A stretch of 64,000 nt of DNA. Origin: an archaeon. GTDB taxonomy: Archaea > Undinarchaeota > CAZHTU01 > JBDRCC01. A program made the translations under genes and the position numbers. Below, in pieces: positions 46,785 to 56,805 of this stretch. Each line of letters opens with the position of its first letter. Position 1 is the stretch's first letter. Under the pieces are notes generated by a model. The model saw only the letters and a list, made by a program, of their open reading frames with translations. It did not search any database and was not told the origin of the DNA. The stretch spans positions 64,001 through 128,000 of the forward strand of contig JBDRCC010000020.1 in the NCBI GenBank assembly GCA_043822065.1, given 5' to 3'.

Positions 46785-47779
46785 CTGCGATAAAGAAACG
46801 AAAAGCGGACCACATAAACATCTGCATGGAGATGGGAGTCGAGTCCGGGTTCACCGGGTTTGAAAGCTTGAACTTTGCCCACAGGATTCCCACGATAAGC
46901 AAGAAGGACATTTCAACAAAAGTCAAGTTCCTCAAGTGGGAGTTTGACCTTCCTTTCCTGATATCCTCAATGACCGGCGGATGCAAGGAGGCAATTGACA
47001 TAAACCGCAACCTTGCGGGCGCGGCGCAGTCCATGAACGTCCCGATTGCCCTCGGCTCCGGCAGGGCCGCGCTTGACGACAAGTCACTGGCAAAAAGCTA
47101 CTCTGTCGCCAGGAAGGCAGCGCCAAACGCAGTCATATTCTCAAACATCGGCGCCCACCAGCTTAAGGAGTACTCCCCCTCGCAGATAAGCGAGCTGGTA
47201 AAAATGGTAGACGCAGACGGAATTTTTGTCCACTTCAACCCGCTTCAGGAGGCAATCCAGCCGGAGGGCGAGACAGACTTTAGAAACGTGTTTTCTGACG
47301 TCAAAAAGCTTGCGTCGTCAGCGAAAGTGCCGGTAATCGCAAAGGAAACCGGCTGCGGATTCTCAGGCGAGGACGCCAAGAAGCTCGAAAAGGCAGGCGT
47401 CGCGGCAATAGAGATAGCCGGATGGGGCGGAACAAACTTCTCGCTTGTAGAAGCATACCGCAGAAAGGATGAAATCGGCAGGACTTTCAGTGCCTGGGGG
47501 ATACCAACCCTCCAAAGCCTGATGGAATGCGTCGACGCAGTCAAGATACCCATCATATGCTCCGGCGGGATGCGCACCGGAATAGACGCTGCCAAGGCAA
47601 TTGCCGTCGGGGCGTCCCTTATCGGCTTTGCCAAGCCCCTGCTCGGGCCTGCAGTGACAAGCAAGGCGGCAGTAGAGCAAAAGCTCCAGCACATAGCTTC
47701 AGAGCTGAAAATATCCATGTTCCTTACCAACTCCAAGAACCTTCCTGAGCTAAGGAAAGCAAAACTCTACGTGATATAA
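46781..47779 (+). CDS. fni: Type 2 isopentenyl-diphosphate delta-isomerase
   Basis: RKADHI, SMTGG, GSGR, NPLQEAIQPEG, KETGCG, GGTNF, WGIPT. Confidence 0.95.
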   Translation: MTAIKKRKADHINICMEMGVESGFTGFESLNFAHRIPTISKKDISTKVKFLKWEFDLPFLISSMTGGCKEAIDINRNLAGAAQSMNVPIALGSGRAALDDKSLAKSYSVARKAAPNAVIFSNIGAHQLKEYSPSQISELVKMVDADGIFVHFNPLQEAIQPEGETDFRNVFSDVKKLASSAKVPVIAKETGCGFSGEDAKKLEKAGVAAIEIAGWGGTNFSLVEAYRRKDEIGRTFSAWGIPTLQSLMECVDAVKIPIICSGGMRTGIDAAKAIAVGASLIGFAKPLLGPAVTSKAAVEQKLQHIASELKISMFLTNSKNLPELRKAKLYVI

Positions 47780-48763
47780 ATGCCGATTGTAGGACTACTG
47801 CTATACGTAATACAACTCCTTTCCGAGCTTATAATCGGGATGCTGCAGGCGGTTGTCATAATCATTGCCACAATCATCTCCCAGCTGTTCGAGATGAAGC
47901 GGATTAAAACATACCTTGAGCTCTCCAGGGCAGGGAACAGCATCCTCACCGCGCTTTTTGTCATCGTTGTCTGCCTCATGAGCGGCCTGAACCGCTACGA
48001 TCTCATGTTTTCCGCAGCCGCAGCCGCCACACTAGTAACTGCCGCAGGAAACTCGATAAACGACTACTTTGACCGAGGGATAGACAAGATAAACAAGCCC
48101 AAGCGCCCGATACCATCTAGGCGGGTTTCGGCAAAATACGCATACCATTACTCCCTGCTGCTGTTTGCGGCTGGAATTGTGATAGCGGTCTTCATCAATG
48201 TCCCGACCGCGTTCATAGCAATCGTCAACGCATTCGTGCTCTATGCCTACGCCGCTAGGTGGAAGCGCAGCGGGTACTTTGGGAACATAGTCGTCAGCTA
48301 TCTTGCCGCAAGCGTGTTCATCTTCGCCGCCGGAGTCGCCAGCACCCTTTTCAGCTGGCTCATAGGTTTCACAATCGCGGTTTTCGCATTCCTCGTAACT
48401 ATGGGGCGGGAAATATCAAAGGACATGGAGGACTTCGTCGGGGACAGCTCGGTCAACGCGAAGACCCTGCCAGTAATCAGGGGAATGCCTTTTTCAGGCA
48501 AGGTCGCAAGCAGCTACCTCGGGGTTGCAATCTGCTTCAGCTGGGTACCCTACCTGCTTGGCGTCTTCACTTCATTTTACCTGATAATAATCTGCCTCGC
48601 AGATATCATCCTGCTGTCTGCGATATACCTGCTTGTAGAGAAGCCAAGTGAGGAGTCCGGCGCCAACGTCCAGAAGGCGCTCAAGGCTGCCATGTTCGTC
48701 GCCCTGATAGCCTTTATTGTCGGCTCTCCGAATATTTATGAACTAGTAGCCAGTTTACTATAA
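47780..48763 (+). CDS. UbiA-family digeranylgeranylglyceryl phosphate synthase
   Basis: AGNSINDYFDRGIDKINKPKRPIPS, GNIVVS, REISKDMEDFVGD; possible alternative start at MKRIK. Confidence 0.88.
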   Translation: MPIVGLLLYVIQLLSELIIGMLQAVVIIIATIISQLFEMKRIKTYLELSRAGNSILTALFVIVVCLMSGLNRYDLMFSAAAAATLVTAAGNSINDYFDRGIDKINKPKRPIPSRRVSAKYAYHYSLLLFAAGIVIAVFINVPTAFIAIVNAFVLYAYAARWKRSGYFGNIVVSYLAASVFIFAAGVASTLFSWLIGFTIAVFAFLVTMGREISKDMEDFVGDSSVNAKTLPVIRGMPFSGKVASSYLGVAICFSWVPYLLGVFTSFYLIIICLADIILLSAIYLLVEKPSEESGANVQKALKAAMFVALIAFIVGSPNIYELVASLL

Positions 48764-48765
48764 CC

Positions 48766-49524
48766 ATGATTCCAGGAAAAATAGAGAACTACCTCAATAA
48801 AAGAAAAGCAGAAGAAGGGTGCCTCTTCTTTGGCGTAATCGACCCAGTCGACCACCTCAGCATAGAGTCTGCGGTAAAGGCCGCGGTGCAGACCTACAAG
48901 GACGGTGCGGACGCGATTGTCGTAGGTGGCTCAATCGGGGCGCAGGGATTCATACTCAACCGGACAATCAAGGGAATCAAGGAGCAGACTGACGCACCGG
49001 TCATCCTCTTCCCGGGAAACATCGCGACAATAAGCCCGTATGCCGACGCGATATACTTCATGTCAATGTACAACTCAAGGAACCCGTACTGGATATTCGG
49101 CGCCCAGCTGATGGCTGCGCCGGTCATAGAGAGCATGAAGCTCGAATCCATCCCAACTGCTTACCTCATGGTCGAGCCGGGCGGGACTGCCGGCTGGGTT
49201 GCTGACTGCAAGCTCATACCAAGGGACAAGCCGAACTTCGCGGCTTATTCCGCACTGGCGGCTGACTTGATGGGTTCAAGGTTCGTGATAACTGATGTCG
49301 GCTCTGCGGCGCCAGCCCCTGTGCCAGCCAAGATTGTTGAAGCGGTCCGCAAGTCAATATCCGGCTTCTACATCGTCGCTGGCGGCATAAGGTCGCCGAA
49401 GCAGGTCAAGGACATAGTGTGCGCCGGCGCTGATGCGATACACGTCGGCACTGCGATTGAGAAGAAGGGCAGCGTCTCAAACCTCATCAGGGCCTGCAAG
49501 TCAGAGGCAAAAAAGCGCCTATAA
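48766..49524 (+). CDS. Geranylgeranylglyceryl phosphate synthase
   Basis: IDP, GGSIG, PVILFPG, SRNPYWI, GSAA, VAGGIR. Confidence 0.9.
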   Translation: MIPGKIENYLNKRKAEEGCLFFGVIDPVDHLSIESAVKAAVQTYKDGADAIVVGGSIGAQGFILNRTIKGIKEQTDAPVILFPGNIATISPYADAIYFMSMYNSRNPYWIFGAQLMAAPVIESMKLESIPTAYLMVEPGGTAGWVADCKLIPRDKPNFAAYSALAADLMGSRFVITDVGSAAPAPVPAKIVEAVRKSISGFYIVAGGIRSPKQVKDIVCAGADAIHVGTAIEKKGSVSNLIRACKSEAKKRL

Positions 49525-50238
49525 CAGCGCAACTGCGACAGCTATCGGAATTGTGAAATTGTCGTCTATGGGCAGGTTCAGCCAGTCCATAAGCATTCCT
49601 ATCACCGCAGCTATCAGCGCCATGTTCGGCGCGATAACTGTCTTGCATATCATGAACGCGGCTATCAGCCCTGCAAAGCTGCCTTCCGCTGTCCTGTTCT
49701 CCGCAATTTTCATCGTCCCGAACGCCATCCCGAACGCGGTCGAAAACGAATCGCCGAATGCGAGCACGAGCACGGCAGCCATTACGGCACTCTCATGCGG
49801 CGCAAGCCCGAGGAGCGGCGGCAGGACTCCGAAGAGGAAAATAGTCAAAAAGACCCCAATCGAGTAGAAAATTGCGCCCTTGAACGGTCTGACATCAGCC
49901 CTCTCAAAATGGCGGAGTGAATGCGACGCAAAAGGCACCTTAACCCCTCTGCCCACTAGCTGGGATACGGTAGCAAATACAAGCATCACAGCAGATGCGA
50001 TTGCCAATGCTTCGAGCATGCCCCAGAGCATTATAGAGTAAACTATGAGTATCCCATACGACAGGTGGACTATCTGCCTGCCTTTCTCCCTGTACTTTGT
50101 GTGCGGGAGCATCTTTACCACAAAAAGAACAGCTATTGACGCGATGCAGGTCAGGAAGAAGTCGTCAATTCCGTGGAGGCTGCCTAGCAGCAATGTCATA
50201 ATTGTAGCGCCAGTGGCGGTTATAACAACTTTTCTCAT
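49519..50238 (-). CDS. Dolichol/phytol kinase-family (SEC59-like) membrane protein
   Basis: EKGRQIVH, LAFGDSFSTAFG, RTAEGS, IDDNFTIP. Confidence 0.85.
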   Translation of the reverse strand: MRKVVITATGATIMTLLLGSLHGIDDFFLTCIASIAVLFVVKMLPHTKYREKGRQIVHLSYGILIVYSIMLWGMLEALAIASAVMLVFATVSQLVGRGVKVPFASHSLRHFERADVRPFKGAIFYSIGVFLTIFLFGVLPPLLGLAPHESAVMAAVLVLAFGDSFSTAFGMAFGTMKIAENRTAEGSFAGLIAAFMICKTVIAPNMALIAAVIGMLMDWLNLPIDDNFTIPIAVAVALL

Positions 50239-51509
50239 TTTTTTCTCCCCTTCATGTAGAAGTATATCGGCATCCCGCTGATGACTAGCCCGCCCCCTAT
50301 CGATAGGTACACCCAGCTGGTTTGGCTAAGGAGGAATAGGGATAGCCCGACAGCGATTGCAACGACGACATGCACAAGCGGGACTTTATATGGTATGTTC
50401 TTCAGCCGCTTCCTTTCGACCAGGACGGAAAGAAATACTGGTATGTACATAAACATTGCGACAACAACCAAAATACCGATTATCTCCTCAAATCCGCCCA
50501 GCAGGATTGCAAGCGATGCAAATGCCATCTGGAACAAAAGGGACTTGTACGGCGTGCCAAGCTTCCCGTGGACTGCGCACAGGAAGTTGGGGAAGAGGCC
50601 GTCCCTTGCAAGTGCAAATGGAAGCCTGGCAGTCCCGGCAACCCATGAGTTCAGGCACCCCAGGAGAACCGCAACCGCGCCGCCCGCGATTACCAAAGCG
50701 CCCTTTTTCCCAAGGAACACCTCTGATGCAACCGCAAGCGGGTACTTTGACGCCGCTATGGACGACTGGTCTATCAGCCCAAGGGTGACGAATATCACTG
50801 CGCAGTAAATCAGGGTTACAAAGACGCTGGAGTAAACCACCGCCCTAGGAACGTCCCTCGTCGGGTTTTTGGCGTCCTCTGCAAAATATGTTATTGTCTC
50901 CCACCCCATAAACGGCTCTACCACCCATACTGCCGCCGCAAGCAGAATTGGCAAAGTAACTACTTGGGTGGGCCTGAAATTTGAGATGTCAATCCAGTAT
51001 ACTCCCCACGTCACGAACATCCACAGCACCAGGATGGAGATTGTGGTAAGGATGTACTGTGCCTTCAGCCCCCACTTCATCCCGAAGATGTTTATCGCAG
51101 TTATCAGCACGAGGATTGCGATTGCGAGGGCAATTTCCATCCCGTGCCCCATCGGAACGAAATACGATATGTAGAAGCTTGTCGCAATCGCGAGCGAAGC
51201 TATCGTAACCCAGCTGACCAGCCAGGCAGACCATCCGGAGACAAACCCTGCGAACTCCCCGAAAGCCTCCTTTACGAATATGTAAGGTCCGCCCGCGTTT
51301 GGGTGGATGCTTGAGAGCTCGGCAAAGCAGAGCGCCATGAATATCGTCAGGACTCCGAGCTCAAGCCATACGAAAAATGATGCGACCCCTGCGATGTTCG
51401 TAACTATCGCCGGGATTACGAATATGCCGGTCCCGACTATCGCGCCTATCCCAAAAAAGACAAGCTCCACAAGCCCTAGGTTTTTTGATAGACGCCCGGC
51501 TTTTTCCAT
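50235..51509 (-). CDS. APC family amino acid permease
   Basis: GAIVGTGIF, FAELSS..P.AGGPY, GWE, KNP.RDVP, ARDGLFP. Confidence 0.92.
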   Translation of the reverse strand: MEKAGRLSKNLGLVELVFFGIGAIVGTGIFVIPAIVTNIAGVASFFVWLELGVLTIFMALCFAELSSIHPNAGGPYIFVKEAFGEFAGFVSGWSAWLVSWVTIASLAIATSFYISYFVPMGHGMEIALAIAILVLITAINIFGMKWGLKAQYILTTISILVLWMFVTWGVYWIDISNFRPTQVVTLPILLAAAVWVVEPFMGWETITYFAEDAKNPTRDVPRAVVYSSVFVTLIYCAVIFVTLGLIDQSSIAASKYPLAVASEVFLGKKGALVIAGGAVAVLLGCLNSWVAGTARLPFALARDGLFPNFLCAVHGKLGTPYKSLLFQMAFASLAILLGGFEEIIGILVVVAMFMYIPVFLSVLVERKRLKNIPYKVPLVHVVVAIAVGLSLFLLSQTSWVYLSIGGGLVISGMPIYFYMKGRKK

Positions 51510-51550
51510 CGCTCTCTTTAAATATTACCATATTATATAAATCCTTACAA

Positions 51551-53095
51551 ATGGACACGATTCTTGTTGTTGATTTTGGCTCTCAGGTAGCCCATTTGAT
51601 ATCGCGGAGGGTGCGCGAATTGGGCGTCTATTCCGAGATAATCCCCTACGACACCAGCATCATTTCGCTAAATAAGAAGATAAAAAAGCTCAGCGTCCGA
51701 GGCATAATACTTTCAGGCGGGCCTGACTCAGTCAGGGGTGGGCCAAAGGTCCCGAAGCAGATGTTCTTCCTTGGAGTCCCGGTGCTCGGAATATGCTACG
51801 GCCACCAGCTAATCGCCCACATGCTCGGCGGAAAGGTAGTGCCATCCAAGCAGAGGGAGTACGGCTTTTCAGTCCTAAGGCACAAGCCAGGCTCCACGCT
51901 GCTCAAGGGCCTCAAGCCAGAGGAGCGGATATGGATGAGCCACGGGGACACCGTCTCCGAACTGCCGCCTGGATTTAAGGGGATAGCGTCGACGCCCAAA
52001 ATAAAAATAGCAGCATTCGAGGGCCCGAACGGAATCTACGGCGTCCAGTTCCACCCAGAGGTCAGGCACACAGTCTCGGGCATGAAAATCCTGCGGAACT
52101 TCCTTACAATCTGCAAGGCAAAACGCGACTGGGCAATGGGCGATTTCATAAAAACCCAGGTCGCTGGGCTGAGGCGGCAGATAGGCTCCGGGCGCGTAAT
52201 CCTCGGGTTAAGCGGCGGCGTCGATTCCTCCGTTGCGGCAGTCCTTCTGGACAAGGCAGTCCACGAAAACCTCCACTGCGTTTTTGTCGACAACGGGCTG
52301 GTCCGCCTTGGGGAGCCGGAATATGTCGCATCCACTTTCAAGAAGCACTTGGGGTTCACACACTTCCATTCCATCGATGCAAGCAAGGAGTTCCTTTCCA
52401 AGCTTGCCGGGGTCACAGACCCTGAAAAAAAGAGAAAGATAATAGGGGAGACATTCATCCGCGTCTTCGAGCGGAAGGCGCGCGAGCTTGAGAAGAAGCA
52501 CGGAACGTTTGACTTCCTTGCCCAGGGCACGATATACCCTGACCGCATAGAGTCCGCAAAGGCAAGCAGGGCTTCCACCAGGATTAAGAGCCACCACAAT
52601 GTCGTCCTCCCCAAAAAGATGAGGCTCAAAGTCGTCGAGCCGCTCAAGGACTTGTACAAGGACGAAGTCCGCGTCGTGGGCAAAAAGCTCGGCCTCCAGA
52701 AGGGGATACTCTGGCGCTGGCCGTTCCCTGGCCCAGGGCTTGGGGTCAGGTGCCTTGGAGAGGTTACAAAAGAAAAGCTCGAGATACTCAAGAAGGCAGA
52801 CAAAATCGTCGACTACGAGCTGAAGAAGGCAGGCCTTGAGGGCCGCATCTGGCAGGCGTTCCCAGTAATCCTCCCTGTAAAATCGGTCGGCGTCATGGGG
52901 GACTCGCGCACATACTCCTTCATCGTCGCCATACGCTCGGTCGAGAGCGTCGACGCGATGACCGCGAACTTTTCAAAGCTCGACTGGGCGCTTCTCGAGC
53001 ACATAGCCTCAAGGATAGTCAACGAGGTCAAAGGGGTAAACCGAGTACTATACGACATAACCAACAAGCCGCCGGCGACCGTCGAGTTCGAATAG
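51551..53095 (+). CDS. guaA: GMP synthase (glutamine-hydrolysing), fused two-domain form
   Basis: DFGSQ, LGICYGHQ, SHGD, QFHPEV, SGGVDSS, QGTIYPD, KSHHNV, PFPGPGL, KPPATVEFE. Confidence 0.96.
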   Translation: MDTILVVDFGSQVAHLISRRVRELGVYSEIIPYDTSIISLNKKIKKLSVRGIILSGGPDSVRGGPKVPKQMFFLGVPVLGICYGHQLIAHMLGGKVVPSKQREYGFSVLRHKPGSTLLKGLKPEERIWMSHGDTVSELPPGFKGIASTPKIKIAAFEGPNGIYGVQFHPEVRHTVSGMKILRNFLTICKAKRDWAMGDFIKTQVAGLRRQIGSGRVILGLSGGVDSSVAAVLLDKAVHENLHCVFVDNGLVRLGEPEYVASTFKKHLGFTHFHSIDASKEFLSKLAGVTDPEKKRKIIGETFIRVFERKARELEKKHGTFDFLAQGTIYPDRIESAKASRASTRIKSHHNVVLPKKMRLKVVEPLKDLYKDEVRVVGKKLGLQKGILWRWPFPGPGLGVRCLGEVTKEKLEILKKADKIVDYELKKAGLEGRIWQAFPVILPVKSVGVMGDSRTYSFIVAIRSVESVDAMTANFSKLDWALLEHIASRIVNEVKGVNRVLYDITNKPPATVEFE

Positions 53096-54046
53096 TCAGA
53101 TAAAAAGATACAGCATATTCCCGAATATCAGCGTCGCGAATATCGCTATAAGGAAGACTGGCACAAACGGCAAGCCCCACTTCACTATAAAACCATCCTG
53201 CAACTTCCCGCTTTCCACGAGCTTGTTTATCTCCGCAACCTGGTCCTTCGTCAGCCCGTTCGGGTCTGAGGAGTCATAGACTACCTTTGCCGCACGCTTC
53301 CTCCGAGCCTTTGTGCTTTCCTTTTCAGGCACCTTAAGCAGCTTCTTTCCCTCCTGCAGTATGTCGACCGTGAGGAGGTCGAACTCCACGAGCTGCTTTG
53401 CCCTCGCCGGAAGCCTGAAGCAGACATCCTCAACGACCTTGACGAACTTCACCAGCACCCAAAACATCGGAACGAGCGCAGCCAGTGCCAGCAGGGGGTA
53501 CATCAGCATAAGCGCAGCCGCGCCCCACACCCCAAGGCTGTAGTTTATGTACAGCCCGGCTGCAAGCAGCATCCCAGCCACGAGGGCGAGCAGCCCAGCA
53601 ATCTCCTTTGCGCCAGCCGAGACCGAAAGCCTGAACCTGCTCTTGACATCCTTGTTCCCAAGCGAAATCCCGACCGAGTAGGCTATCGAGTAAAAAAACG
53701 CCACTATGAAGACGTTGATGAAATAGTCGAGCAAAAAGTACTGCCCTCCCCAGGTAAGCCCGCCGAACATTATGCCAAGCGCGGCAAGTATCTTGACGTC
53801 CGCCCCGCCCCACTGCCCCATCATGAACATTATGTAGCCGAAAATAAAAAGCGCCACCCCCGCAACTGCGGCGTAGACTGCTATGTGCATGTCCCCGTAG
53901 TAAAATCCTGCAGCTAGCTGGTAGACAAATGCGGCTATTATGAACCCGTCAGTGACCTTGTCGTCAACCTCCCGCGTCTTGATGTCGAGCCAGCTTGTGT
54001 AGGCAAGGTATATTGTCGCCGCAAGCACCGGCAAAAGAAAATTCAT
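53096..54046 (-). CDS. A24 family prepilin/preflagellin peptidase
   Basis: DIKTREVDD, GGADVK (GxGD-type), LPFVPVF. Confidence 0.88.
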   Translation of the reverse strand: MNFLLPVLAATIYLAYTSWLDIKTREVDDKVTDGFIIAAFVYQLAAGFYYGDMHIAVYAAVAGVALFIFGYIMFMMGQWGGADVKILAALGIMFGGLTWGGQYFLLDYFINVFIVAFFYSIAYSVGISLGNKDVKSRFRLSVSAGAKEIAGLLALVAGMLLAAGLYINYSLGVWGAAALMLMYPLLALAALVPMFWVLVKFVKVVEDVCFRLPARAKQLVEFDLLTVDILQEGKKLLKVPEKESTKARRKRAAKVVYDSSDPNGLTKDQVAEINKLVESGKLQDGFIVKWGLPFVPVFLIAIFATLIFGNMLYLFI

Positions 54047-54531
54047 ACGACTTTCCCGCCCTGGTACCTTCCCGAGTATGCCTTCGTCCTGCCTTCAACA
54101 GTCTCAAAGACAATCTGGCATATCCTCGCGCCCCTCTCAAGGGCAAGGTTGTAGTGGCCGTCATTCTTCAGGCCGACCGTGAGCTTCCCCTTGTAACCTG
54201 GGTCGACGACCGCGTGCCTCAGGCTTCCGCCCATCCTGAAGAGCGAGCTCCTTGGGAGAAGCCTCGCAAGCAGGTCGTCCGGCATGTTGACTTTCTCCAT
54301 TGTGTCGACCAGGACGTACTCGTTTGGCTTTATTATGAACTTCTCGCCGCCAACCTTCTCTACCTCGGGCATCACCCTCTCATCCTTGCCGAGCTTACCC
54401 TCACCCGTTGCGCGGTATACGGAATCCAGCCTCAGGTCGACTCCGGCGCCGCCGACGTTCGCATGCTCAGAATTCTCTAACAGCATCTCCTTCTCAACTC
54501 GTTTTACAATCTCTTCGTATCCAAGTATCAT
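54043..54531 (-). CDS. dCTP deaminase/dUTPase family (archaeal dUTPase-like)
   Basis: GVDLRL, PRSSLFRMG, VVDPGYKG, RICQIVF, YSGRYQG. Confidence 0.88.
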   Translation of the reverse strand: MILGYEEIVKRVEKEMLLENSEHANVGGAGVDLRLDSVYRATGEGKLGKDERVMPEVEKVGGEKFIIKPNEYVLVDTMEKVNMPDDLLARLLPRSSLFRMGGSLRHAVVDPGYKGKLTVGLKNDGHYNLALERGARICQIVFETVEGRTKAYSGRYQGGKVV

Positions 54532-54562
54532 ACGACCCCAATGGAGCCGAGAAATAAAAACC

Positions 54563-55903
54563 TTAGCATAAGCCGTCAAGCGTTGAAAGGAACTCGCCGA
54601 CGCGGTCTGTAGGCACATATGCCCCGCATGCAACAGTGTGCCCGCCGCCTATGCCACCGGATGACTTCGCAGCACTCCTGAACCTTTCGCCAAGGTCGAA
54701 CCCGTCCAATACCAGGAGCCTGGAGCACCTCCCGCTTATCTTTGCTGTCCCGTTGCCCGAAGAGGAAATGCCGACTATCGGCTTGTACGGGTCGGACATC
54801 TGCGAGCCCAGCAGCATGCCGGCTACCGTCCCGACAATTGTCTCGCTTATCTGGTCCCGCGCGTCAAAGTACTGTATCCTGTCCTTTTTCTGGACGCCAT
54901 CCGCTTCGATGAACTCCATCCCCCTTGCGAGGTTCTGCCGGTGCCTCTTGAGCAGCTTAAGCATTTCTGAATACGCGCCTTTCCTGTCCCCCTTGCATAC
55001 CTCCAGCGCAATCTCCGGCTTGCCGTTCCTGCCGCAGGCATTAAGGCACGTCGTGTACTCATCAATGTCCCTCAGCTCGGTCCGCGGCTCCTCGTCCGCT
55101 AGCTGGTACGTCTCCCCGACTATGAGGCTGCCCACGTACCTCCTAAGCTTTTCAGGGGCGTGGTACAGCGCCCTTTTCGTAAGCGCGGTCCCTAGCTTCT
55201 GCTTTTCTTCAAGCGTAAAATCGGCAATGGCCCTCCATTTGCCTTCGGACTTCTGCTCTATGCCCAAGTCCTTTAGGAGCATGTGGCTCCCTGCCTGGGA
55301 GTTGCTGACGTTTGGTATGTACGGGTCTGTGAAGTACTGCAGCGCCATAAACGCCGGTCTGGTCTGCCTGCCGTATATCTGCAGGTCATTCTGGACAAGC
55401 ACCTTTCCGCTGGCGACTGCCTCCTTTAGTATTTTGCTGTTCGCGCCATCAAGCCTGCCCCAAAAGTTCTGCACGTCCCCGACTGCGCCGATGACTGCAA
55501 GGTGCGCGAGGTCGGAATTCTCCCTGCTCATATGCCTTGCAAAAAGGTAAGCCATTCCGGCGCCGCTTATCTCCGTGGCTCCGTTGTGCCCGAGGTTGTG
55601 CGCGTTGAGATGGATTATTCCCTCCGGCTTTTCCTGCGCCGGCTTGTGGTGGTCCAGTACAATCCCCTCTGTTCCCATAAGGAGCTCCAACTGCCCAGAG
55701 CCCAGGTCGGAGAAAATGTAGAAGCCGTCCCCTGGCGCCTCTACCAGCTGTTTTACGAAGCTGACTTTGTGGTCTATCCCTGCCCTCCCCAATGCGGTGC
55801 TGAGGATAGCCGCTGCTGATATGCCGTCTGCGTCTATGTGGCTTATCAGCTCGACAGAACTTTCCTGCTTCAGCCTGTCGATAGCCTTGCTGAATCCTTC
55901 CAT
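54563..55903 (-). CDS. RecJ-like DHH family phosphoesterase
   Basis: SHIDADG, DLGSG, LDHH, GAVGD, LNACGR, GGGH. Confidence 0.9.
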   Translation of the reverse strand: MEGFSKAIDRLKQESSVELISHIDADGISAAAILSTALGRAGIDHKVSFVKQLVEAPGDGFYIFSDLGSGQLELLMGTEGIVLDHHKPAQEKPEGIIHLNAHNLGHNGATEISGAGMAYLFARHMSRENSDLAHLAVIGAVGDVQNFWGRLDGANSKILKEAVASGKVLVQNDLQIYGRQTRPAFMALQYFTDPYIPNVSNSQAGSHMLLKDLGIEQKSEGKWRAIADFTLEEKQKLGTALTKRALYHAPEKLRRYVGSLIVGETYQLADEEPRTELRDIDEYTTCLNACGRNGKPEIALEVCKGDRKGAYSEMLKLLKRHRQNLARGMEFIEADGVQKKDRIQYFDARDQISETIVGTVAGMLLGSQMSDPYKPIVGISSSGNGTAKISGRCSRLLVLDGFDLGERFRSAAKSSGGIGGGHTVACGAYVPTDRVGEFLSTLDGLC

Positions 55904-56247
55904 TCCAGAGTATCTCCTTCAGAAAAGCCGGAGTTGGTGTTTAACTCAAGCACGTACCTTACTGCAGTCTTAGGATAATAAACTTTCCATGTCTTTGGGT
56001 CGGACGTAATCGGCCTTGCGGACTGAACAGTAACTACGCGCCGCTTCTCATCCACAAAGACTATGTCCAGCGGGAACAGCATCTTCCACATCCATATGCC
56101 GTGCCGCCTGCTGTAGCCGAAGTCCATTAGTATCCCGGCGTCATCCGCAAGCGAGCCCCGCCGGCTAAGCCCCAGGGTGCGCTCCCTCAAAGTCTTTTTT
56201 ACCTCAACCTTGTACTTCCCCCCAGTCCTTATGTTCTTCACTATCAC
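55870..56247 (-). CDS. DUF192 family protein
   Basis: R.LGL..R, WMWKMLFPLDIVFVD, RYVLEL. Confidence 0.85.
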   Translation of the reverse strand: MIVKNIRTGGKYKVEVKKTLRERTLGLSRRGSLADDAGILMDFGYSRRHGIWMWKMLFPLDIVFVDEKRRVVTVQSARPITSDPKTWKVYYPKTAVRYVLELNTNSGFSEGDTLEWKDSARLSTG

Positions 56248-56289
56248 CCATGAAGAATGGTTAAAAACAATAAAAACCTATGCTTCTCA

Positions 56290-56805
56290 ATGAAGACAGC
56301 CCTTTTGGTCGGCAGGTTCCAGCCTTTTCACAACGGCCACCTTTTCCTGATAACGCACATACTCTCCTGCGAGGACAAGCTCACAATCGTTGTCGGCAGC
56401 TCGCAGGAATCAAGGACCGAGCGAAACCCATTCACCGCCGCAGAGCGCATCTGCATGATACACCGTGCGCTTGAGAATGAGGCCATCCTTGAAAGCAGGT
56501 TTAACCTGATAGCCGTTCCGGACCAAAAGGACGACGCTGCGTGGCTGGACCGCCTCTTGCATGCCTCCCCTCCCTTCCAAACGGTCTACGCAAATGACGA
56601 CTGGGTCAGGGGAATATTCAAGTCAACCGGGTTTAAGGTTGTTAAGCCGCCATTCTTCGGCAGGGACGTCCACAAGAGCAAAGAGATCCGGAACAGGATG
56701 AAAATGGACCTCCCTTGGAAGGAATTCGTCCCTGAGAAGGTGGCGCACTACCTTGAGGAGATAAACTGGCACCAGATTTTTGAGCAAATAGGCGGCAGCT
56801 CATGA
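56290..56805 (+). CDS. nadM: Nicotinamide-nucleotide adenylyltransferase
   Basis: GRFQPFHNGH, GSSQ, NPFT..ER, WKEFVP. Confidence 0.92.
   Translation: MKTALLVGRFQPFHNGHLFLITHILSCEDKLTIVVGSSQESRTERNPFTAAERICMIHRALENEAILESRFNLIAVPDQKDDAAWLDRLLHASPPFQTVYANDDWVRGIFKSTGFKVVKPPFFGRDVHKSKEIRNRMKMDLPWKEFVPEKVAHYLEEINWHQIFEQIGGSS

Noticed and set aside
54636-55550. Long antisense ORFs (304 aa here; also 52036-52803, 26605-27318, 29583-30233)
   Set aside because: S/F/P-rich mirror frames of real genes, expected from codon bias; no motifs
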